Part shown: in pieces, positions 27,281 to 35,744 of the stretch
Layout of the letters: the number at the start of each line of letters is the position of its first letter
Numbering within the stretch: the first letter of the stretch is position 1
Assembly (NCBI GenBank): GCA_904502245.1
Contig: CAJGDN010000002.1
Location: 1 to 35,899 of the forward strand
Source: an uncultured Alphaproteobacteria bacterium
GTDB taxonomy: Bacteria > Pseudomonadota > Alphaproteobacteria > Rs-D84
Direction: 5' to 3'
Length of the DNA stretch: 35,899 nucleotides
Position numbers and translations under genes: made by a program
Notes under the pieces: model-generated
What the model was told of the DNA's origin: nothing
What the model saw: the letters and a program-made list of their open reading frames with translations, nothing else
The model's database searches: none

Positions 27281-27950
27281 TTATTTCTGCAATAAACTTC
27301 TCGTGATTTTCTAATTCTTCGGGATGTGGTTCAAATTTACGGTATGGAAACCCATCGCCAATTTTGGGATGCGCCAACATGGCCGCATGTTGTTTCGCGA
27401 TTATTTCAGAAACATCAGGTGCAGGCGCTGTGTTATCCAACTCAATATAAACTTTGGCCAGAATTTCTGAGTCAATTAATGCACCGTGCGCATCCGCACG
27501 TGCAGTCAATGAAATACCATACCATTTTGCCAGCGCATCCAAAGTATAACTTTTTGGACCAAAAACACGATTGCGTGCAATAACCAATGAATCCATCTGC
27601 TGAGCTCGTGGAATCTGGGGCAGATTCAACATTGCTAATTCATGATTTACAAACGGAAAGTCAAAGTCCAGACCGTTGTGCGCGACAATCGGACTGTCTC
27701 CAATAAAAGCCAAGAACTTTGGTGCGATTTCTGACATTTTGGGCTTGTCTTCCAAAAACGCGTTTGAAATTTTATGAACCGCATAGGTATCTGGTGGAAT
27801 AATTTTACCTTCGGGATTAATATATTCATGGAATGTATTGTCAGTTATTTTTCCATCAACAACTTCAACTGCACCAATTTCAATTACGCGATCGCCACGC
27901 ATGTATTCAAATCCAGTGGTTTCAATGTCAAAACAAATAATACGCGCCAT
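27273..27950 (-). CDS. dnaQ: DNA polymerase III epsilon subunit (3'-5' exonuclease)
   Basis: 225 aa. Exo I ICFDIETTG, Exo II VAHNGLDFDFPF and Exo III HGALIDSEILAKVY. Confidence 0.88.
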   Translation of the reverse strand: MARIICFDIETTGFEYMRGDRVIEIGAVEVVDGKITDNTFHEYINPEGKIIPPDTYAVHKISNAFLEDKPKMSEIAPKFLAFIGDSPIVAHNGLDFDFPFVNHELAMLNLPQIPRAQQMDSLVIARNRVFGPKSYTLDALAKWYGISLTARADAHGALIDSEILAKVYIELDNTAPAPDVSEIIAKQHAAMLAHPKIGDGFPYRKFEPHPEELENHEKFIAEINK

Positions 27951-28007
27951 AATTTTCCATTCCTTGATAATAATTGTTTGTGGTATTATAATAGAACGGT
28001 GGATTTA

Positions 28008-30083
28008 ATGCTAGAAAATCTTAATGAAAAACAACGCGAAGCAGTTATGACAACTGATGGGGCGTTATTAGTGCTGGCGGGGGCTGGGACTGGAAAAACA
28101 CGTGTTCTGACCACGCGTATCGCATATATTCTAAATAATAATATGGCCCAAGCATGGCAGGTGATGGCATTAACTTTTACAAACAAGGCCGCAAACGAAA
28201 TGAAAAATCGTCTGAGTGATATGTCAGATGGCGCATGGTACCCTGGGGATATTTGGTGCGGAACATTTCATTCGATTTGTCTGCGAATACTGCGCGCAAA
28301 TGCAGAACGCGCAGGACTGCAACGTGATTTTTTGATATTCGGTGAAGACGACCAAAAAACAGTGATAAAATCACTGCTGAGCGCATCTACAAAAACACCC
28401 GGTGATTATGTTGAAGAATTTTCTGCAATTAAAGACAAAGGACTGATTGCATTAAAAAACAAAGACAAATTGTTCAATGCATATAATGCAGAATTACAAC
28501 GCTTGAACGCGGTGGATTTTGGCGATATTATTTTAAAGGTTCTGGAACTGTTTGATAAAAACCCAGATGTTTTAGCGCGATATCAAAATCAATTTAAATA
28601 TATACTGGTCGATGAATTTCAGGATGTAAACACCGCACAAATGGAGCTAATTACCACGCTAATGCCCGTAAAAGAGACAGAAAGAGAGGGGCGCTATCTA
28701 TTTTGCGTCGGTGATGATGATCAATCAATTTATTCATGGCGTGGTTCTGACAATAAACATATTTTGGGATTTGAGAATTTATATGGTAATGCCTCTATAA
28801 TAATCGATACAAATTACAGAAGCACAGGAAATATATTGAACGCAGCTAATTCTCTGATTGCACATAATCCCAACAGATATGTTAAGGGACTGAACCCATA
28901 TCCTGGTAAAGATGTGGGCGAACCGGTTTATGTTCTGACGTTGCCGGGCGACAGGGATGAAGCAAAAATCATTGCAGATGCAATTTTACGCGATGACACG
29001 AACGATTTTAGCAAGTACGCATTATTAATTCGCGCAGGCAGTCTGTCGCGTATATTCGAAGAAGAATTTGCAATGCGTGGTATTCCATATAAATTGATTG
29101 GCGCAACAAAGTTCTATGACAGAATGGAAATACGCGATGCGATTGCATATCTGCGATTATTGGTGCACCCGTTTGACGATATTTCTTTCCTGCGCGTGAT
29201 TGCAAAACCGCGTCGTGGATTCGGCGATAAAGCAATTGATAAACTGCGTGCAGCAGGACCTAATTTGATTAGTGGACTGCGCAATGCCACATTGGCACCA
29301 AAACTGCGCGCGGCTGCGGATGAATTTTTAAATGCGTTTGATTTTGATTGGAATTTGATGTCACCGATGGATGCAGCAAAAACACTGTTGGAACGCGTAG
29401 GATACTTTAAAATGTGGTCTGAATCAAAAGATGCTGATGCAACAGACAGAATTGCAAATGTTCGCGAATTAATAACATCTGTGATATCAAAGTATGAAAC
29501 GTTGCCTGAATTCTTGGAACAAGCCGCACTGATGATGACAGATGATAACGACAGTAATGATAATGCGCAAAATAGAAATACTGTCAGTATCATGACAATT
29601 CATGCTGCCAAAGGATTGGAATTCCATACAGTATTCTTGCCAGCGTGGGAAGATGGAATCTTTCCAAATGACAAGGCAATTAATGAAGGTGCAATCGAAG
29701 AAGAACGTCGATTGGCATATGTTGCAATTACACGCGCACGTGAACGTTGCATTATATCAAACGCTATGTCACGAATGGTCTTTGGTTCACGCCAATACAA
29801 TTCCCCCAGCAGATTTATTACAGAAATAGATAACCGATATCTGGATTTCCAGGGGGGTGCACCACGCACATATTATGCGCCATCATACAACAATAATTCA
29901 CATTCATCAAAAGAAGCAAAAAAGCCCATCAGTAAGCCAATATCTGCTGTTGGAAAATTAGTATCGCATGACGAACTGGGCGGGGGCGTTATTATTGAAG
30001 ATAATGGCGCAATACTGACCGTTGCATTTAAAACACGTGGTATAAAAAAAGTCGCACGTGATTTTGTGAAATTTATTGGATAA
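28008..30083 (+). CDS. uvrD: UvrD/Rep/PcrA-family superfamily 1 DNA helicase
   Basis: Start moved to MLENLNEKQREAV; the track ORF extension overlaps dnaQ. Motifs: AGAGTGKT, LTFTNKAANEM, VDEFQDVN, TIHAAKGLEF, VAITRAR. Confidence 0.88.
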   Translation: MLENLNEKQREAVMTTDGALLVLAGAGTGKTRVLTTRIAYILNNNMAQAWQVMALTFTNKAANEMKNRLSDMSDGAWYPGDIWCGTFHSICLRILRANAERAGLQRDFLIFGEDDQKTVIKSLLSASTKTPGDYVEEFSAIKDKGLIALKNKDKLFNAYNAELQRLNAVDFGDIILKVLELFDKNPDVLARYQNQFKYILVDEFQDVNTAQMELITTLMPVKETEREGRYLFCVGDDDQSIYSWRGSDNKHILGFENLYGNASIIIDTNYRSTGNILNAANSLIAHNPNRYVKGLNPYPGKDVGEPVYVLTLPGDRDEAKIIADAILRDDTNDFSKYALLIRAGSLSRIFEEEFAMRGIPYKLIGATKFYDRMEIRDAIAYLRLLVHPFDDISFLRVIAKPRRGFGDKAIDKLRAAGPNLISGLRNATLAPKLRAAADEFLNAFDFDWNLMSPMDAAKTLLERVGYFKMWSESKDADATDRIANVRELITSVISKYETLPEFLEQAALMMTDDNDSNDNAQNRNTVSIMTIHAAKGLEFHTVFLPAWEDGIFPNDKAINEGAIEEERRLAYVAITRARERCIISNAMSRMVFGSRQYNSPSRFITEIDNRYLDFQGGAPRTYYAPSYNNNSHSSKEAKKPISKPISAVGKLVSHDELGGGVIIEDNGAILTVAFKTRGIKKVARDFVKFIG

Positions 30084-30206
30084 TTTGCTGTGTTTATTTA
30101 TCAAAACATTTGAATTATTTAATTTTGGGCGGTATAAAAAATATTGCAATCAAAATGTTGGACTTAAAGCTTTAGCAATATGATGATTTTGTATAAAAGT
30201 AATAAA

Positions 30207-30235
30207 TAAAAATCCCCCAATCGGGGGATTTTTTA
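30207..30235. terminator. bidirectional intrinsic terminator
   Basis: aatccccc-aatc-gggggatt (8 bp stem), with an A-tract before and a T-run after. It lies between convergent genes. Confidence 0.8.
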
Positions 30236-32398
30236 GTTGGCTTTTTCACGATTTTGTTCAAACCAGTTGCGGATGTCTTCGACGCCAGAGTCTATCAGGC
30301 ATTTCTCGCGCATCGCAGCGGAATCTGTGCTGGTGCGAACATCAATATCTTTTACATCATCTACCCCTGTACCTTTCAGGATTTCGTTCAGGGTTATGAT
30401 ATTGCGGCATGTGTTCGTTTCATAATCCTGAGTATTACTACATTTGTCGCTGTCCGCCTTGTCAATAACAGCCTTGAACTGAGATGTGGATGGTGTACAA
30501 ATCATTTCTTCATAGCAATGCGGAACATTTGCAACCTGGGAACAATATGTCTTGATACGCGCATCTGGCCACGAAGGATTAGTTGACAGCTGTGTTTCAT
30601 AACAATCATAGATTTCACTGAAACATTCGTTAAAGTTTGTACCCGCTTCGATTGCAGCTGCTAAGACAGATTCTTTTTCAGCAGTCGCAAATTCCAGACG
30701 CTTTTGCTGCAACGCCTGTTGAGCAGCAACCTTTTGATAACTGATATTCTGGGCAGATGTACGCAATTGTTCACCATACAGGTCACAATCTGCATTTGCA
30801 TCCAATGCGTATTTTTGCATAATGCTGCGACGTGCGTCCGCAACCGGCCCACGCAATTCAGAATACGGATCACCATTTGATGATGTATAACCAAAACAGG
30901 TCGCAGAATTCGATGCTGTATAACCAGTGTTTGGCACCACAAAGTTCAATTCATAGGTACCACTGTTATTAACACTAATCACACTGTTGTAATTATATGG
31001 ACACTGGGCGGCACCATTGCCACATTTGCGCGCACCAGACGGTGGCATACCACACGCTTCGTAAATACCGTTAAAGCATGAATCCAGAACACGTGAACAT
31101 ACATTATTATGCGCATATTCGAATAATTCATACCCCCATGTTTCTGCCAATGAATCTTTTAAATTATCAGCATCAGCCAATGCACCACCAATACCAGACA
31201 GTCCATTAACAACATTTGCTAGGTTACTATATGCAGAAGTTAAATTTTCTGTATTATCTTTAGTAATAGTTAATGTTCTTTCTTTGGCATCTGCCCAAGA
31301 CTGTAACTGCGCCAGGATTGTTGAACCGCTGCCATCCAAACGACTTACATCAAAGCCAAAGTCGTTTCCACTTTCTGAACAATAGCTTGGCATTGTTGTA
31401 TTAGAACATTTAGAATTATCATAGTACCCGTGAGACTGACACCATTCGGTAGCATCGTCTTTGCCATTTTCATTACTGTCTTTATTGGCCGTATACCGAT
31501 CTGCCATATCCTGCCATGAAACACAGTTCATAACTTTTTCTGCATCGGTTAACTGAAATGCCTCGGAAACATCTTTACCCTTGTTCGCAATCAAAAGCGC
31601 CAATTCACCAGACACCTTAATTAATTCTTCGTTGGCTGTTTCCAGTTGTGATTCAGCCTCAGCGAATGCCTTGACACGACCAGCACAGGCACAACGACGC
31701 TGGGCCGCGTTACGCGCGGTACAAATTTCATCCATACATGTATAATACGATTCCATACAGTTATTGTATGCTTCATTTGAAATCAATCCTGTTGTTGAAT
31801 CCAAAATATTTGCATAATTTCCTGTATTCAATTTACTGGACAATGTGGAATAAGAATAACTGCTTTTTGTAGAGCCACGGATGCCCGCACTGGCCATTGA
31901 TGCACGCGACGTGTTAACCACAGGATTTGATGCAGTCCGTGCACGTACACTGCGTGTGTTACGGGCATTGGCACGAGATGTCGCCGCCGTCGCACGTGAA
32001 ACGACATTGCGAACACCACCAGCATTGGCACGAGATGTCGCCGCCGTCGCACGGTTAATTGTTGCACGGGATGTCACCCCACGCGATGATACTGCACGTG
32101 ATGGGGCAACGTTATCAGAAACAACATTCTTTGGCACAACCGCTGCACGCGACATAACTTCACGCGTTGCAGTTGTACGCGTCGCGTTCGAACGCGGATT
32201 AGAACGATTGGCTGCACGCGTTGATTGTGCACGACCATTTTGCACACGTGCATTAGCAATATCATTAATTGGTGCAATTGGATCTGCAAACACCGAACGA
32301 ATTGAAAACAATGTCGAACAAACAAAAAACGCACCAGCCAGTAAAAATACTGTGCTCATGGCATTCTTGAAAGAATTTGCGATTTTTTGACTTTTCAT
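30233..32398 (-). CDS. exported or membrane-anchored cysteine-rich protein with an Arg/Ser/Thr/Ala/Asn-rich repeat region
   Basis: Start moved to MKSQKIANSFKNAMSTVFLLAGAFFVCSTLF (AGGGAGAG RBS upstream). About 160 aa of basic low-complexity sequence, including two RATAATSRANA copies. Then about 520 aa with 24 Cys and a predicted coiled-coil stretch. No family recognised. Confidence 0.6.
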   Translation of the reverse strand: MKSQKIANSFKNAMSTVFLLAGAFFVCSTLFSIRSVFADPIAPINDIANARVQNGRAQSTRAANRSNPRSNATRTTATREVMSRAAVVPKNVVSDNVAPSRAVSSRGVTSRATINRATAATSRANAGGVRNVVSRATAATSRANARNTRSVRARTASNPVVNTSRASMASAGIRGSTKSSYSYSTLSSKLNTGNYANILDSTTGLISNEAYNNCMESYYTCMDEICTARNAAQRRCACAGRVKAFAEAESQLETANEELIKVSGELALLIANKGKDVSEAFQLTDAEKVMNCVSWQDMADRYTANKDSNENGKDDATEWCQSHGYYDNSKCSNTTMPSYCSESGNDFGFDVSRLDGSGSTILAQLQSWADAKERTLTITKDNTENLTSAYSNLANVVNGLSGIGGALADADNLKDSLAETWGYELFEYAHNNVCSRVLDSCFNGIYEACGMPPSGARKCGNGAAQCPYNYNSVISVNNSGTYELNFVVPNTGYTASNSATCFGYTSSNGDPYSELRGPVADARRSIMQKYALDANADCDLYGEQLRTSAQNISYQKVAAQQALQQKRLEFATAEKESVLAAAIEAGTNFNECFSEIYDCYETQLSTNPSWPDARIKTYCSQVANVPHCYEEMICTPSTSQFKAVIDKADSDKCSNTQDYETNTCRNIITLNEILKGTGVDDVKDIDVRTSTDSAAMREKCLIDSGVEDIRNWFEQNREKAN
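31965..32053. repeat. in-frame direct repeat: a perfect 32 nt unit twice, with 57 nt period
   Basis: gcattggcacgagatgtcgccgccgtcgcacg occurs at 31965-31996 and again at 32022-32053. It encodes RATAATSRANA on the minus strand. Confidence 0.85.
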
Positions 32399-32625
32399 AA
32401 AACTCTCCCTGTGTTCCGGGAAACGCCCAGAAACCCGACCTTTCCGAGACACAACACCATATAGATGCATGTCTATTTTATTTGATTATAGCAATTTTTT
32501 TTAGGTCTGTAAACAGTTTAGTGTACAGGATTCACTAATATATTTTCCAGGAATAGCATCAAATAGATAAACATATGAATGTGTATATAATTGTGATATG
32601 AACATGACAATAAATTACAGTTTTT

Positions 32626-32649
32626 AAAAACCGCCAAATGGCGGTTTTT
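32626..32649. terminator. bidirectional intrinsic terminator
   Basis: aaaaaccgcc-aaat-ggcggttttt gives a perfect 10 bp stem that includes the A/T tracts. Confidence 0.8.
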
Positions 32650-32650
32650 G

Positions 32651-33310
32651 TTATCTTGATATACCTTTCAATTTTTCCAACAAACGTGCACGCACCTGAG
32701 AACGTTCTGCAGGCGTTATAAGAGCAGATAATTTATGATGTTTAACCGCGATTTGGCGCAATTCATATTCGGTATCCAAGATAAAATACAGATCACGCGC
32801 AGCATCAAACAGATGTTCATTTTGTTTGGTGCACAAATTCTCGAACTCATCAGCGTTGTTATTTATATATATTTGCGATGGACTAAATTGCCCCATGTCA
32901 GTCGCCATTGTTCCAGCCAACATAAGCTGATTTCCAGGTTGCGCATAAGAAAGGTGTTTGTGCGTATAATCTGACTGGCGTGTGCTGAATGCGTTTTCAG
33001 TTATGTCTAACTGATACCGTTCATATTTACCAGGCTCAAACATCCATTTACCAAAACAAAAAACACGATTCCATTTCTTTGGGTATGTGTAGACAGGTGT
33101 GCGACGAATGGAAATTTCATAATTATCAACCAGGATATTATATTCTCGATGTCCCCCCTCTAGTTTTTCACCTTTTAAATCCAACTTTGCCAAATCGGTG
33201 TTACGCAAAACCTTGACCAATTCTTTTAAAAATTCAGCTTCAGCCTTTTGTTCAGAGGTAAAATTACAATGCATTTCTTCCGGCGAAAATTTAATTACTT
33301 TATCTGTCAT
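32651..33310 (-). CDS. hypothetical protein (219 aa)
   Basis: Long ORF with GGAG-like RBS (aaaggagttttt ATG). No signal peptide and no recognisable family. Confidence 0.5.
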   Translation of the reverse strand: MTDKVIKFSPEEMHCNFTSEQKAEAEFLKELVKVLRNTDLAKLDLKGEKLEGGHREYNILVDNYEISIRRTPVYTYPKKWNRVFCFGKWMFEPGKYERYQLDITENAFSTRQSDYTHKHLSYAQPGNQLMLAGTMATDMGQFSPSQIYINNNADEFENLCTKQNEHLFDAARDLYFILDTEYELRQIAVKHHKLSALITPAERSQVRARLLEKLKGISR

Positions 33311-33410
33311 AAAAACTCCTTTTTATTGACAGTAGAACACATAAACACAAAATGTCAAATGCTTTCATTCCTGTGGCACAGCACATAAAAAAGCTGGTAA
33401 TCTGAACATT

Positions 33411-33896
33411 ATGAAGAAAATACAAATTCATGCCGGTGCAATTATTTTAGGCATGCATGACGCACTGGTATCTTTAACAGGATTGATATCAGGGCTGACA
33501 TTCGCGTTGGCAAATCAAAAAATAATTATATTATCCGCAATAATTGCATCTGCGACTGCGGCACTATCAATGGGCGCATCAGAATACCTGGCAGAAAAAA
33601 CAAGACATAACAAATATGCAATTCGAACAGGAATAATAACCAGTTCTGCATACGCAATAACATGTGTTATTTTACTGATACCATTTTACATGACAAATAA
33701 AACTAATATCGCATTATTAGCATCGTTGGCAATTGCAGTATTAATAATTTTTTGTTGTAATTTTTTTATCAGACGCGCACACAACAGACGCTGGTGGCGA
33801 CACGCAATTGAAATGCTTATTATATGCACAATCGTGTCTGTCATCGCGTTTTTAATTGGCGATGTTGCACAAAAAACACTGGGTATAAATATATAA
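33411..33896 (+). CDS. VIT1/CCC1-family (iron/manganese transporter) membrane protein, short form
   Basis: 161 aa. HDALVSLTGLISG and MGASEYLAEK resemble the VIT-family TM1/TM2 motifs. The N-terminal cytoplasmic domain is missing. Confidence 0.55.
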   Translation: MKKIQIHAGAIILGMHDALVSLTGLISGLTFALANQKIIILSAIIASATAALSMGASEYLAEKTRHNKYAIRTGIITSSAYAITCVILLIPFYMTNKTNIALLASLAIAVLIIFCCNFFIRRAHNRRWWRHAIEMLIICTIVSVIAFLIGDVAQKTLGINI

Positions 33897-33902
33897 TATA
33901 AA

Positions 33903-34109
33903 TTATCTTTGTTTGCTGTCGCGAACAGAAATTACAAGACCACCAATCAACGCAGACATACAAGAACTTGCCATTGAACGTGTTTGTGATTTCTCATTTT
34001 CAAAATCAGATGCACATGTGTAAATCATACCGATCATTCCACCAACCACAGCCAAAACACCAATAACATCCGTTAAGTTTCTTTTTTTATTTTTCGTTTT
34101 TTTTTTCAT
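33903..34109 (-). CDS. small two-TM membrane protein, paralogue of 35-295
   Basis: 68 aa. Lys-rich N-terminus, TM helix, CASDFENE loop, SC, second TM helix, basic C-terminus. An A10 homopolymer follows the ATG directly. Confidence 0.45.
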   Translation of the reverse strand: MKKKTKNKKRNLTDVIGVLAVVGGMIGMIYTCASDFENEKSQTRSMASSCMSALIGGLVISVRDSKQR

Positions 34110-34199
34110 TTATTAATCGCCGTTTGTACATATGTTATACAGTTTTTTACAACTGTCAAACATCAAAATTGTTAATTAATTAAATTATCAGACATTATT

Positions 34200-34499
34200 T
34201 TATCGCATCTTGAAAAACGCACAAAAACTTTTCTGTGGATAATTTACAAAAAGTGCTACATCAGAATGACCAGAACATAAATATTTTACAATTCCACATG
34301 TTGTGCCAACCTGTCTGTCAGGATATAAATTATAACAACATTTAAAACAATTTTTTTCGTTTATGATATTTTTATCACACCTGAATTCTATAAGTTGTCT
34401 TAATCTATACTGCGTAACATTCAAACAAAAATATTCTTGTTTTGCCCTAACAGATGGAATGCCTGCAAATAATCGTGCACGTAAAATTTCCAGATCCAT
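34200..34499 (-). CDS. hypothetical Cys-rich small protein (99 aa)
   Basis: ORF directly downstream of the HTH gene and its terminator. Contains 8 Cys. No family recognised. Confidence 0.35.
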   Translation of the reverse strand: MDLEILRARLFAGIPSVRAKQEYFCLNVTQYRLRQLIEFRCDKNIINEKNCFKCCYNLYPDRQVGTTCGIVKYLCSGHSDVALFVNYPQKSFCAFFKMR

Positions 34500-34600
34500 A
34501 ATATATATATTCCTTTGATAACGACCGGCAAATATATCAATTATTTTTCAAATGTCACGTGATTTATTTCTTATATTCCAGGGAAAGATTATTTAATATA

Positions 34601-34631
34601 AAAAACAATCCCCTTTAGGGGGACATTTTTA
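34601..34631 (-). terminator. intrinsic terminator after the HTH gene
   Basis: tcccc-tttag-gggga hairpin, flanked by A5 and T5 runs. Confidence 0.55.
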
Positions 34632-34652
34632 TTATGTGTGAACAGGATAAAT

Positions 34653-34928
34653 TTATGCTAATTTATCATATGGCTTTTCCAAAAAATGCTGATAAATATG
34701 CGCAAATTGAATTGGTGTTGTACCAGTTGCAGTTAACACCTTGACCAATGTATCACCTGTTATCCATCGCGGCTGTCCGTACTTTGATTGGCGTTTACTG
34801 ACATTAAAAGTAGTCGCATCCATTCCGCACAATAATGCCAGGCCAGAACACGACTTGCCGTTTTGTTTTGCAATGTGATTTATTGTTGACCACAACGCAT
34901 TATTGTAAATAAGATATTTATCTTTCAT
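34653..34928 (-). CDS. small HTH (XRE/phage-repressor-like) DNA-binding protein
   Basis: Start moved to MKDKYLIY, with AAGGAAAGG RBS upstream. KSCSGLALLCGMDATTFNVSKR looks like a helix-turn-helix followed by a conserved basic segment. Confidence 0.5.
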   Translation of the reverse strand: MKDKYLIYNNALWSTINHIAKQNGKSCSGLALLCGMDATTFNVSKRQSKYGQPRWITGDTLVKVLTATGTTPIQFAHIYQHFLEKPYDKLA

Positions 34929-35055
34929 AACCTTTCCTTTGTCACATGTTAACAAAACGCGAACAGGACTAATTATGGAATAAATTCATGCATTTTGTAA
35001 TAAGTTGTATTTCCTAATTTTAATAAAAAAATCGCCCACGTAGAGCGGAGGAATT

Positions 35056-35640
35056 TTATTTATGTTTTGATAATTTTTTTGCAACCCATTTATCAATACC
35101 ACGCTGACGACCACCACCCCAACTGGACCAACCATCGGTATCAACAATGCATCCATCACACAGTTCTGCAACATCCGAAAAACTGCGGCCGCGACCACCA
35201 CCACCATGTGACGCGAATGGAATAACAGTCTTGCCTGACAAATCATATTTATGCAGGAAACTTTTTACAGGCTGGGACAAGTGATTTGCCCAAACGGGTG
35301 AACCCAGAAATATAATATCATACTCGGTAAAGTCCGGCGCAGGTCCTGCCAGTGGTGGCAATATATTTTCTTTTACCTGCTGCGTTAATAATTCTTTACG
35401 CACCTTGTCATCTGCAGGATACGGTTCTGCAACCAGTATGCGATACATATCACCTCCGGTCTGCTCGTAAATTGCACGCGCAACATCACCAGTATTACCG
35501 TCCTGCATTGAAAAATATGCAACCAAGACACGTGGTTCTGACGATGTGTGCGCGTTGCTTGCGTTTGTTGTATTCGCTGTGGCATTAGCGGTAATACCAA
35601 GTATCAATATTGGCAATGTAATAAAATTTTTTGTGCGCAT
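35056..35640 (-). CDS. flavodoxin-like protein with an N-terminal signal peptide
   Basis: Start moved to MRTKNFITLPILILGITANA. VLVAYFSMQDGNTGDVARAI and IIFLGSPVWANHLSQPVKSFL fit the flavodoxin (Flavodoxin_4-like) FMN-binding layout. Confidence 0.65.
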   Translation of the reverse strand: MRTKNFITLPILILGITANATANTTNASNAHTSSEPRVLVAYFSMQDGNTGDVARAIYEQTGGDMYRILVAEPYPADDKVRKELLTQQVKENILPPLAGPAPDFTEYDIIFLGSPVWANHLSQPVKSFLHKYDLSGKTVIPFASHGGGGRGRSFSDVAELCDGCIVDTDGWSSWGGGRQRGIDKWVAKKLSKHK

Positions 35641-35719
35641 GTGGGTTCTCTCTCTTCCTCTGGCCAGCATATAATGCCACGAGCTGCAGCAGATTTCCAC
35701 AGGACGCTTTACCCAATTT

Positions 35720-35744
35720 TAAACCGCCCATTGGGCGGTGGGTT
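35720..35744. terminator. hairpin terminator after the edge-truncated gene
   Basis: ccgccc-att-gggcgg, flanked by A/T-rich sequence. Confidence 0.5.

Noticed and set aside
27774-28007. 78-codon N-terminal extension of the uvrD ORF in the track
   Set aside because: It overlaps the dnaQ coding region on the opposite strand and encodes Asn/Phe-rich nonsense. The conserved helicase N-terminus begins at the ATG at 28008.
31881-32390. 169 aa plus-strand ORF opposite the Cys-rich gene repeat region
   Set aside because: It is an antisense shadow of the Arg/Ser/Ala repeat region (reads as ARDV repeats). It has no independent signals.
34234-34242. Perfect DnaA-box sequence (TGTGGATAA, the complement of TTATCCACA)
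   Set aside because: It is a single isolated box inside an ORF. There is no cluster of boxes, no adjacent AT-rich unwinding element and no dnaA/dnaN context, so it is not evidence for an origin.
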